From a virus (Duplodnaviria; Caudoviricetes): a stretch of 64,000 nt of DNA. The notes below the pieces were generated by a model, which made no database searches, was not told where the DNA came from, and worked only from the letters and a program-made list of their open reading frames with translations. Positions 20,271 to 27,691 of this stretch are shown piece by piece. The stretch covers positions 32,001 to 96,000 of the IMG/VR virus record IMGVR_UViG_3300036987_000310; one strand, given 5' to 3'. The first letter of the stretch is position 1, and each line of letters begins with the position of its first letter. A program made the position numbers and the translations under genes.

Positions 20271-23200
20271 ATGGCTGATCATCAAGTATCCGCAGATTTG
20301 TCTGGAGACGCCTCTTTAAACGGCGCTCTAAATCAAGATTTCGTTGTCGCTTCAAGTTTGTCTGGTGATGCTGCTCTGAGCGCTGCAGATTCCACGACAG
20401 TTCCTGTTGCTTCTTCTTTGTCTGGCGACGCCGCTTTAAGCGCCATGCTGTCTGGCGAATTGCCTGTCGCTTCTTCTTTGTCTGGCGACGCCGCTTTAAG
20501 CGCCATACTGAACCAAGATTTCATTGTCGCTTCAAGCTTGTCTGGAGACACCGTTTTAAGCGCCATACTGTTTGGCGAATTGCCTGTGGCGTCCTCTTTG
20601 TCTGGTGATGTCGCCCTGAGCGCCATACTGTCTGGCGGGTTGCCCGTCGCTTCAAGCTTGTCTGGCGACGCTGCTCTGAGTGCTGCTTTAAACCAAGATT
20701 TCGTTGTTTCGTCTTCTTTGTCTGGCGACGCCGCTTTAAGCGCCATGCTGTCTGGCGAATTGCCTGTCGCTTCTTCTTTGTCTGGAGACGCCTCTTTAAG
20801 CGGGTTTGCCATTTCTCCAAGATACTCGATCGAATCGATCTCTTTTGATGGAGTTGACGATCATGTAGCCATGGGGGACGTGCTCGGGTTTGAGCGGACT
20901 GATGCTTTTAGCGTATCTCTATGGACCAAGTCTGTGCAAACCGGGGTGGAGGCCAATTTCTTTTCCAAGTGTGGTGACGGCCCTAACTATCGTGGCTATT
21001 TGCTCAACCAGGATGACATCGATGATTCGCTGGTCTTTTACCTGATTAACGTATGGCCCACCAACTGCATTGAGGTTCGACCGACTCAGACTGTCAACGA
21101 CGGACAATGGCACCATGCTGTGGTCACTTACAACGGGTCTAGCCAAGCTTCAGGCATCACTTTCTACATTGATGGCGTGGCTGTTCCATTCACCACTCTG
21201 AAGAATACGCTCAGCGCCACCATTCTGACCCCCACTCCGTTACAACTGGGGCGTCGAACATCTTCGGGGCTTCTCCAGCCCTACACCGGGAACCTGGACG
21301 AGGTCTCGTTCTGGGATAAGGCTCTTTCGGAGTCGGACATTGCTGGCATCTACAACGACGGGTGCCCGACCGATCTTGCCCAGCATAGTTCGGTCACCAA
21401 CCTGGTTGGCTGGTGGCGGATGGGAGAGGGCTCAGCTTTCCCTGTCATCCCGGACCTTGGCACCGGAGGCGTCCCTTATCCTCTCGTGCAGGATCTCTCA
21501 GGTAATGGGTATGACGGCACCATGATGAACATGGAGGTGACCGATGTCACCTCTGATGCTCCTTATGGTAAGTGCGTGGCGTTCGATGGTGTGGACGAGT
21601 ATGTCGGGCTTCTGTCCGCTCGACCAATTCTTGATACACCTCAGCCGTTTTCCCTGTCGGCTTGGGTGTACATCACTTCGACGTCAACAATCTATCGTAC
21701 CATAATGGGAACATGCGGCAGTGGGGCCCCGTATGGAATAACGTTTGGTTACACGGTAATTGATACCACTAGTGACTTCACCATCTGGGCGCATTTCATA
21801 TACGACAATGCAACTAACGCCATAAAGGTCGGTAGCACAACTCCAAGACTGCCAGCGAACTCCTGGGTGTTCGTGACTCTTACCTGGGATGGGAACGCAT
21901 CACCGGGTGCCACTGGTTTGAAGCTTTACGGTAACGGGAGCCCGCTTGCGACCGCAACGTCTCAAGACAATCTTGGAACTAATTCACTTGTAAACTCAGC
22001 CTATCCATTTTCAATAGGCAGTCGTAGCCCGGCTTCTGACCCGCTTTATTTCCGTGGAAAGATCGACAACGCGGCGGTCTGGAACAAGGAGCTTTCCGCC
22101 GCTGAAGTAGCCGAATTGTACAACGACGGGCATCTCCACCCCGCTACAGAAGTGAGTTTTGTCGGGAACCTTATCGCCTACTGGCCGATGGGCGAAGGCG
22201 ACACCTTCCCTACGCTCCAGGACCGACGGTTTGGTTCGGAGGTATCGGCGACCTACCCGACCATCCTCGACGCCAAGTCGTCGGAAACGCTTGCTGCCTA
22301 CCCGACCATCCTGGACGCGAGCGGATCGGGGTTCAACGGCACGATGACGAACATGGCGATAAACGACATCGTCCTCGACTCTCCGGGTGGGACCTTCTCT
22401 AAGTTTGCCTTGGACTTCGACGGCAGCGATGACTATGTCGCCTGCGGAAACGTTTTGGGGTTCGAGAGGACGGATGCATTTTCCGTAGAGTTTACGTTTA
22501 AAGCCGGGGCGTCTGTCGACAATGAATTCGTTATCGCCAAGGCAATAGCTGGGACACCTGAAGGGTGGCATATTATCCTGTCTAGCACGGGGCAGATAAT
22601 ACTTGGCATGGTTCGTACATGGCTCACTAACGCCATTGTTGTAGAAACCGTACTGGGGTATCGGGATAATGTTTGGCATCAGGCAGTGATGACCTACGAT
22701 GGGTCTAGCTCGGCCACTGGTGTTGCGTTTTATATAGATGGAGCCGCAGTTGTTTCATCTACTTTCACAGACACCCTAAGCGCTAGCATTGTTTCGGCGG
22801 CTGAACTTAGGATAGGTACTCGGCAACTAGGCTACCCGAACGAGTGCTATTCTGGTCGGCTTGAAGAAGTGGCGGTTTGGGACAAGAAGCTTTTCGCCGC
22901 AGAGGTGCTTGAAGTCTATAACGGCGGTGTCCCAACCGACAACCGCCTTCTGTCCAGCGCAGACAATCTTGTCGGCTATTGGCGCATGGGTGACCAGGTA
23001 CGATTCGACGGCACCATGACGAACATGGCTGTCAACGACATCGTGCTTAACAGTCCTGGGGGGACCTTCTCGAAGTTCAGCACGGACTTCGATGGTAGCG
23101 ATGACTACGTGACGATGGGCACTGTCCTCCAATTTGAGCGGACAGATACCTATTCATTGTCGATATGGTGTAAAACTAGGTCTATCGGATCAGAACAGAA

Positions 23201-25427
23201 ACTCATAAGCGCACAGAATTCAGGCGGATGGAGGGGGTATTCCCTAGCTGTGTTCCCCGACGGTCGTATTCACACTGGAATCTGTAACACTTGGAATAGC
23301 AACGTAATTTATTTATACACGACAAACGCCACTCTTGTCAACGATGGCAACTGGCATCACATCTCAATAACCTATGATGGATCATCTGTTGCTGCTGGTT
23401 TCAAAATATACTTAGACGGGACATCCCTTCCTACAACTGTTCAATATAACAGTCTCAGTGCAACAACGGTTGATTTAACTGCACCGTTTGCCTTGGGCTA
23501 TGCTATTGGATATGGTCAGGCTTATAACGGCAATATAGGAGACTGTGGAGTCTACAACAAAGAGCTTTCTGCCGCAGATGTAACGACAATTCATAACGGC
23601 GGTGTCCCTACCGACAATCGCCTGCTCTCCAGCGCAACGAACCTAGTCGGTTATTGGCGAATGGGTGATCAGGTCCGCTTTGACGGCACCCTGACCAACA
23701 TGGAAGCCGAGGACATTGAGGATCGTGCGGTCAACTCGGCCCTAGCCTTCTCAAAGAAAAGTCTCGCATTCGGGGGTACAAACGAATATGTCACGATGGG
23801 CAACGTGCTCGGATACGAGTATACTGATGCCTTTTCGTATTCATTTTGGGTTAAAACTTCGGGTTCAACCGGCGGCTACCTTGTTTCCAAGATGGAAGAC
23901 GCCCCGAACTATCGAGGTTACGGCGCTAACCGATTGGCGGGCGGAACGCTGCGTCTGCACTTTATCAGTATCGACGCTTCAAACAAGCTCACTGTGGACA
24001 CGACAACAACCATTCATGACGGCAAATGGCACCATGTCGTCGTAACCTATGACGGTAGTGCCACCCCGTCGGGCGTGGTTTGCTACATCGACACGGTTCC
24101 AAGTGGACTGACCATAGTTCAGGATAACCTAAGCGGCACCATGCTCACTTCAGCTTCGTTCAACATCGTTGGACGTGGTGACGGCACTTGGGGTCTGACC
24201 ATAGCCACAGTTGACGAGGTGTCTGTTTGGGGCAAAGAGTTGTCGGTTGTGGAGGTTGTTGACATTTACAACACGGGAGTTCCGAAGGATCTGTCGAGTT
24301 ATGCGGACCTCGACGGGTACTGGCGTCTTGGGGACAGTGTCCCAAACGATGGCCTCATGGTCAACATGGAGGCTGAAGACATCGTTTTAGACGCTTCTTG
24401 GTCTTGGTTAATAGATGCAAGTTTGTCTGGCGACGCCGTTTTAAGCGCCACGCTGTCTGGTGAGTTGCCTGTGGCGTCCTCTTTGTCTGGCAACGCTGCT
24501 CTAAACGCCATACTGAACCAGGATTTCATTGTCGCTTCAAACTTGTCTGGCGATGCTAGCCTCGTTCCTGATCTGACTTGTTCCATGCTGGTGGAATCCG
24601 ACTTGTCTGGAGATGCAGAGATTGGTGCCGGTTTATCTGTTGAATTGTTTGCACAATCCGACTTGTCTGGCGACGCTGCTCTGAATTCTGCTCTGAATCA
24701 AGATTTCGTCGTCTCGTCAAGCTTGTCTGGCGACGCAGTTTTAAGCGCCATACTGAACCAAGACTTCGTTGTTGCTTCAAGCTTGTCTGGCGACGCTGCA
24801 GTCAATGCCACCTTGTCTTGGGTGTTGTATGTGGCGTCTTCTTTGTCAGGCGACGCCGTTTTAAGCGCCGAAGTTGACACCAATGTATCAGTGGCGTCTT
24901 CTTTGTCTGGAGACGCTTATTTAAGCGGTGCTCTGAATCAAGATTTCGTTGTTGCTTCAAGTTTGTCTGGAGACTCTGCTCTGAATGCTGCAGACTCCAC
25001 GACAGTTCCCATCAACTCTTCTTTGTCTGGAGATGCCGCTCTAAACGCCGAATTGTCTGGCGAATTGCTTGTGGCATCCTCTTTGTCTGGCGACGCTGCT
25101 CTAAACGCCATACTGATCGCTATATACGGCACGTCATCTTCTTTGTCCGGCGACGCATCTCTTGTTGCGACTTCCACAGCGACGTGTCCAGTTTCTTCCA
25201 ACTTGAGCGGACACTCGTCTCTATCGGCAATGGTTGTTGAAGACATTTCTCAACAAGCTAGCCTGTCTGGATCAGCATCTTTGCAAGCCTTCTTGTCGTC
25301 TGACGTCAATGTTCACGCCAACATGTCTGGTCAGGCAGACATGTTGGCAACTTTGTCTTTCTTCGTAATGAGAGAAAAAAGAAGTCACGCCATACACTTG
25401 AGCAGGTTGTCTCATTTAAAGCCATGA
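20271..25427 (+). CDS. Tail fibre/adhesin with five LamG-like (concanavalin A jelly-roll) domains flanked by 20-aa repeat arrays
   Basis: Five FDGxDDYV-like...WHHxVVTYDG-like...LVGYWRMG units. 9 N-terminal and 16 C-terminal VASSLSGDAALxAxLxxxxx repeats. SD GAGGAG. Confidence 0.85.
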   Translation: MADHQVSADLSGDASLNGALNQDFVVASSLSGDAALSAADSTTVPVASSLSGDAALSAMLSGELPVASSLSGDAALSAILNQDFIVASSLSGDTVLSAILFGELPVASSLSGDVALSAILSGGLPVASSLSGDAALSAALNQDFVVSSSLSGDAALSAMLSGELPVASSLSGDASLSGFAISPRYSIESISFDGVDDHVAMGDVLGFERTDAFSVSLWTKSVQTGVEANFFSKCGDGPNYRGYLLNQDDIDDSLVFYLINVWPTNCIEVRPTQTVNDGQWHHAVVTYNGSSQASGITFYIDGVAVPFTTLKNTLSATILTPTPLQLGRRTSSGLLQPYTGNLDEVSFWDKALSESDIAGIYNDGCPTDLAQHSSVTNLVGWWRMGEGSAFPVIPDLGTGGVPYPLVQDLSGNGYDGTMMNMEVTDVTSDAPYGKCVAFDGVDEYVGLLSARPILDTPQPFSLSAWVYITSTSTIYRTIMGTCGSGAPYGITFGYTVIDTTSDFTIWAHFIYDNATNAIKVGSTTPRLPANSWVFVTLTWDGNASPGATGLKLYGNGSPLATATSQDNLGTNSLVNSAYPFSIGSRSPASDPLYFRGKIDNAAVWNKELSAAEVAELYNDGHLHPATEVSFVGNLIAYWPMGEGDTFPTLQDRRFGSEVSATYPTILDAKSSETLAAYPTILDASGSGFNGTMTNMAINDIVLDSPGGTFSKFALDFDGSDDYVACGNVLGFERTDAFSVEFTFKAGASVDNEFVIAKAIAGTPEGWHIILSSTGQIILGMVRTWLTNAIVVETVLGYRDNVWHQAVMTYDGSSSATGVAFYIDGAAVVSSTFTDTLSASIVSAAELRIGTRQLGYPNECYSGRLEEVAVWDKKLFAAEVLEVYNGGVPTDNRLLSSADNLVGYWRMGDQVRFDGTMTNMAVNDIVLNSPGGTFSKFSTDFDGSDDYVTMGTVLQFERTDTYSLSIWCKTRSIGSEQKLISAQNSGGWRGYSLAVFPDGRIHTGICNTWNSNVIYLYTTNATLVNDGNWHHISITYDGSSVAAGFKIYLDGTSLPTTVQYNSLSATTVDLTAPFALGYAIGYGQAYNGNIGDCGVYNKELSAADVTTIHNGGVPTDNRLLSSATNLVGYWRMGDQVRFDGTLTNMEAEDIEDRAVNSALAFSKKSLAFGGTNEYVTMGNVLGYEYTDAFSYSFWVKTSGSTGGYLVSKMEDAPNYRGYGANRLAGGTLRLHFISIDASNKLTVDTTTTIHDGKWHHVVVTYDGSATPSGVVCYIDTVPSGLTIVQDNLSGTMLTSASFNIVGRGDGTWGLTIATVDEVSVWGKELSVVEVVDIYNTGVPKDLSSYADLDGYWRLGDSVPNDGLMVNMEAEDIVLDASWSWLIDASLSGDAVLSATLSGELPVASSLSGNAALNAILNQDFIVASNLSGDASLVPDLTCSMLVESDLSGDAEIGAGLSVELFAQSDLSGDAALNSALNQDFVVSSSLSGDAVLSAILNQDFVVASSLSGDAAVNATLSWVLYVASSLSGDAVLSAEVDTNVSVASSLSGDAYLSGALNQDFVVASSLSGDSALNAADSTTVPINSSLSGDAALNAELSGELLVASSLSGDAALNAILIAIYGTSSSLSGDASLVATSTATCPVSSNLSGHSSLSAMVVEDISQQASLSGSASLQAFLSSDVNVHANMSGQADMLATLSFFVMREKRSHAIHLSRLSHLKP
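20286..20825 (+). repeat. Coding tandem array, 9 x 60 bp
   Basis: Recurrent core (t)ctttgtctggcgacgccgctttaagcgcc at 60-bp period. Confidence 0.9.
24411..25370 (+). repeat. Coding tandem array, 16 x 60 bp, same unit as 20286-20825
   Basis: Same ttgtctggcgacgc core at 60-bp period, decaying toward the 3' end. Confidence 0.9.
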
Positions 25428-25759
25428 CACCGCCAGAAAAAACTCCAGGGTATATCTATTTTTCTCCTGCAATGTTTCCAGTTGCGGGGTCTGAAATAGA
25501 TGTGGCTCGAATTGTGTTTACAGCTCAAGTTGCAGACACATATTTGAGCCAACAGCCTGCCGACGCTTTGCGGCCTTTTTTGCTGGGCCCCGCACCGCTG
25601 GCTCCATCTGGAAGAGCATGGCCTCCAGATTTTTCTGCTTCATATGAACCAATGTTGAACAACACGCAGTATGGTTTCATGAGCAACAAGCCTGGAGTTG
25701 CAGTGCGTGGCGAATTGTTCAACACTTCGACGCTGGAACTGACCGTGGTGTTGGTTTAG
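25424..25759 (+). CDS. Hypothetical protein (111 aa)
   Basis: ATGA-coupled to the upstream gene and fills the operon gap. Confidence 0.65.
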   Translation: MTPPEKTPGYIYFSPAMFPVAGSEIDVARIVFTAQVADTYLSQQPADALRPFLLGPAPLAPSGRAWPPDFSASYEPMLNNTQYGFMSNKPGVAVRGELFNTSTLELTVVLV

Positions 25760-25768
25760 GAGCTGAAA

Positions 25769-26437
25769 ATGCCAATTCTTCGTGAAATTTTTAGACACGC
25801 AAAAGACCGAGGGGTCCAGTTTGCTCTTAAAAGCCTCGGGTATGATGAATACTCTCGAGAGAGAATGAGCGGGGAAGTTTTCTGGACTTTGCGCGATTCT
25901 GCGACGGGGAAAGAGACCCGCGGGCATCACAAAAACATTGTGACCCTTGACGCCGGGATTTTGTTGGCGACGTTCATGAAGGGAACGGGAACAGCTGTTG
26001 CGAATCAATGCGTTCCGAGCTTTGGCATATACGCTCTCGGAGTTGGAACTGGCGACGTTTCATGGGACCCCATGAGCCCTCCTCCCGCCACGGTTACGCA
26101 AAGGTCTTTGTATAATGAGTTGGCGAGAAAAGCCGTCGCCATAACCAGCTTCATTGATGAGAACGGGTCCATTTCTGGCGTTAGAACGCACATAGTGGAC
26201 TTCACTACAACTTTTACAGAGTCCGAAGCTGTGGGGGCTCTGACCGAGATGGGCCTTTTGGGTGGCGACATCGACACCAGCATGGCTGTTAGAAACCCAG
26301 TGCTTCCGCCAAATGGATCGTACGATCCAACGGTGGACACGTCTGCAAAGGACATCTTGGTTAACTATGTCACGTTTCCAGCGATAAACAAGCCACCGAC
26401 CAGCACTCTTAGTTGGACATGGAGGATCATTACATGA
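25769..26437 (+). CDS. Baseplate/tail-fibre attachment (collar-like) structural protein
   Basis: HKNIVTLDAG...YALGVGTG...TQRSLYNELARK...FTTTFTESEAVGALTEMGL...NYVTFPAINK...LSWTWRI, typical of myovirus fibre-attachment proteins. SD AGGAG. Confidence 0.65.
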   Translation: MPILREIFRHAKDRGVQFALKSLGYDEYSRERMSGEVFWTLRDSATGKETRGHHKNIVTLDAGILLATFMKGTGTAVANQCVPSFGIYALGVGTGDVSWDPMSPPPATVTQRSLYNELARKAVAITSFIDENGSISGVRTHIVDFTTTFTESEAVGALTEMGLLGGDIDTSMAVRNPVLPPNGSYDPTVDTSAKDILVNYVTFPAINKPPTSTLSWTWRIIT

Positions 26438-26451
26438 TCTGGATTTGAGTC

Positions 26452-26460
26452 TGGTAGAGT
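26452..26460 (+). promoter_or_regulatory. Extended -10 (TGG-TAGAGT), predicted leaderless promoter of the endonuclease
   Basis: The hexamer ends 6 nt before ATG 26467 and no SD lies between them. Confidence 0.5.
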
Positions 26461-26466
26461 TCTTTC

Positions 26467-27441
26467 ATGGACTCTTCCAAACCAATCCGCTACACGATCT
26501 ACTGTCACATCCACATTGAGTCTGGACGCCGCTACGTTGGTTTGACCAAAAAGACCATGATGCAGCGTTGGAATCGGCACATTCAAGCCGCTAACCGCCA
26601 ATTAGGTGGATGGTCCCACTTCGCCAATGCTATTCGTCTTTATGGCAAGGACGCTTTTTCGCACGAAGTGCTTGAAGTGTGCAATTCGGTCGAAGCAGCC
26701 AACGTCGCGGAGCAGAAGTGGATCGAGCACTTCAAGACTCGGGACCCGGAATTTGGCTTCAACTTGACTCCGGGCGGCGCTCACACGCCGCATCTGATCA
26801 AGAACCCGTGGGACCGTCCGGAATTTCGCGAAAAGGCGATGGCAACACTGCCGAAGCTCATCTCGGCTGGCCTGTCTCCCGAAGCTCGAGCCAAGACCGT
26901 TGCGACTCTTCGGACTCCAGAATTCCGTCAAAAGGCGGCCGAGCTGACGAGGAAGCAATTTTCTTCCCCCGAGTCTCGTCAGAAGATGTCCGAGACTGTT
27001 AAAGCTCTCCATCAGATTCCGGAGATTGCGGAAAAATTCGCGTCGGGGTTCCGCAAGACCAATGCCGAACGCGCGTCCAAGACCCGTTGCAAGCACGGTC
27101 ACGAGTTCACCCCGGAGAACACGCGAACGGACGAGAACGGATGGCGTTATTGCAAGCGGTGCGCGGCCGACCGCGCCGCCAAGAAAGCTCGCGAAGAGCG
27201 CACGCGCTGCGCAGGCGGCCATGAGTTCGTCGAGGGTAGCTTCAAGCTCAGCTGCAGCGGCGAGCGTGTCTGTCTGCTGTGTGTCCAAACGCATTGTAAG
27301 CGCGGCCACGAGCTGTCGCCAGAGAACACCTACCTGAACAACCGCGGCAGCCGCGTGTGCAAGCTCTGCGAGCGCATTCGCGGCCGGCAGTCCGACGCCC
27401 GCAGGAGAAATCGGCGGAAGGCGAGCCAAGCAAAAGGCTAG
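26467..27441 (+). mobile_element. Free-standing GIY-YIG homing endonuclease with C-terminal Cys/His zinc-binding repeats
   Basis: YTIY...RRYVGLT...QRWNRH, E in NVAEQKWI and N in GFNLT form the GIY-YIG core. Three CKxGHEF-type repeats follow. The 3' half is GC-richer than the flanks (42/60 at 27121-27180 vs 28/60 at 25801-25860). Confidence 0.85.
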
Positions 27442-27592
27442 CTCTCTGAGCGATAGCCCATGAACTCGTACACCTTGAACCACCCGTAAGGACAGCCTTT
27501 GTGGAAGTCATTTCGCGAGATTCTCACCTTGAAGGATCTCGCAAGTTGAAAGTGATATAGCCCGATTCGTATGTTGACCAGTAGGTCGCTCA

Positions 27593-27691
27593 TTGCTTAT
27601 ACGCCATTTCTCTTGTCAAGTTACACCTGGTATTGTTCATTGCTCCTTCCAGCCTCTTATTGAAATGGCATGAGAAATGGCGTATAAGCAA
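27593..27691. repeat. Perfect 20-bp inverted repeat covering the start codon of the 27677 gene
   Basis: ttgcttatacgccatttctc (27593-27612) is the exact reverse complement of gagaaatggcgtataagcaa (27672-27691); 59-nt loop. Confidence 0.95.
27654..27662 (+). promoter_or_regulatory. Candidate late-promoter motif CTCTTATTG inside the inverted-repeat loop
   Basis: TATTG at 27658-27662 lies 14 nt before the ATG, matching the TAWTG motif seen before other virion genes. Confidence 0.4.

Noticed and set aside
22340-23720. Near-duplicate segments in the LamG region as DGR template/variable repeats
   Set aside because: Differences are mostly synonymous and not adenine-specific, and no reverse transcriptase is in the window.
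20286-25370. 60-bp periodic repeats as a CRISPR array
   Set aside because: They lie in frame inside a 1718-aa ORF, have no unique spacers, and no cas genes are present.
26602-27483. 293-aa antisense ORF over the endonuclease
   Set aside because: Shadow ORF arising from the GC-rich sense codons; no motifs.
26400-27600. Intact group I intron interrupting the 25769 gene
   Set aside because: The gene ends with its own stop, no splice junction restoring a sensible C-terminus was found, and a canonical R/P7 5' strand is missing. Kept only as a low-confidence structured-RNA finding.
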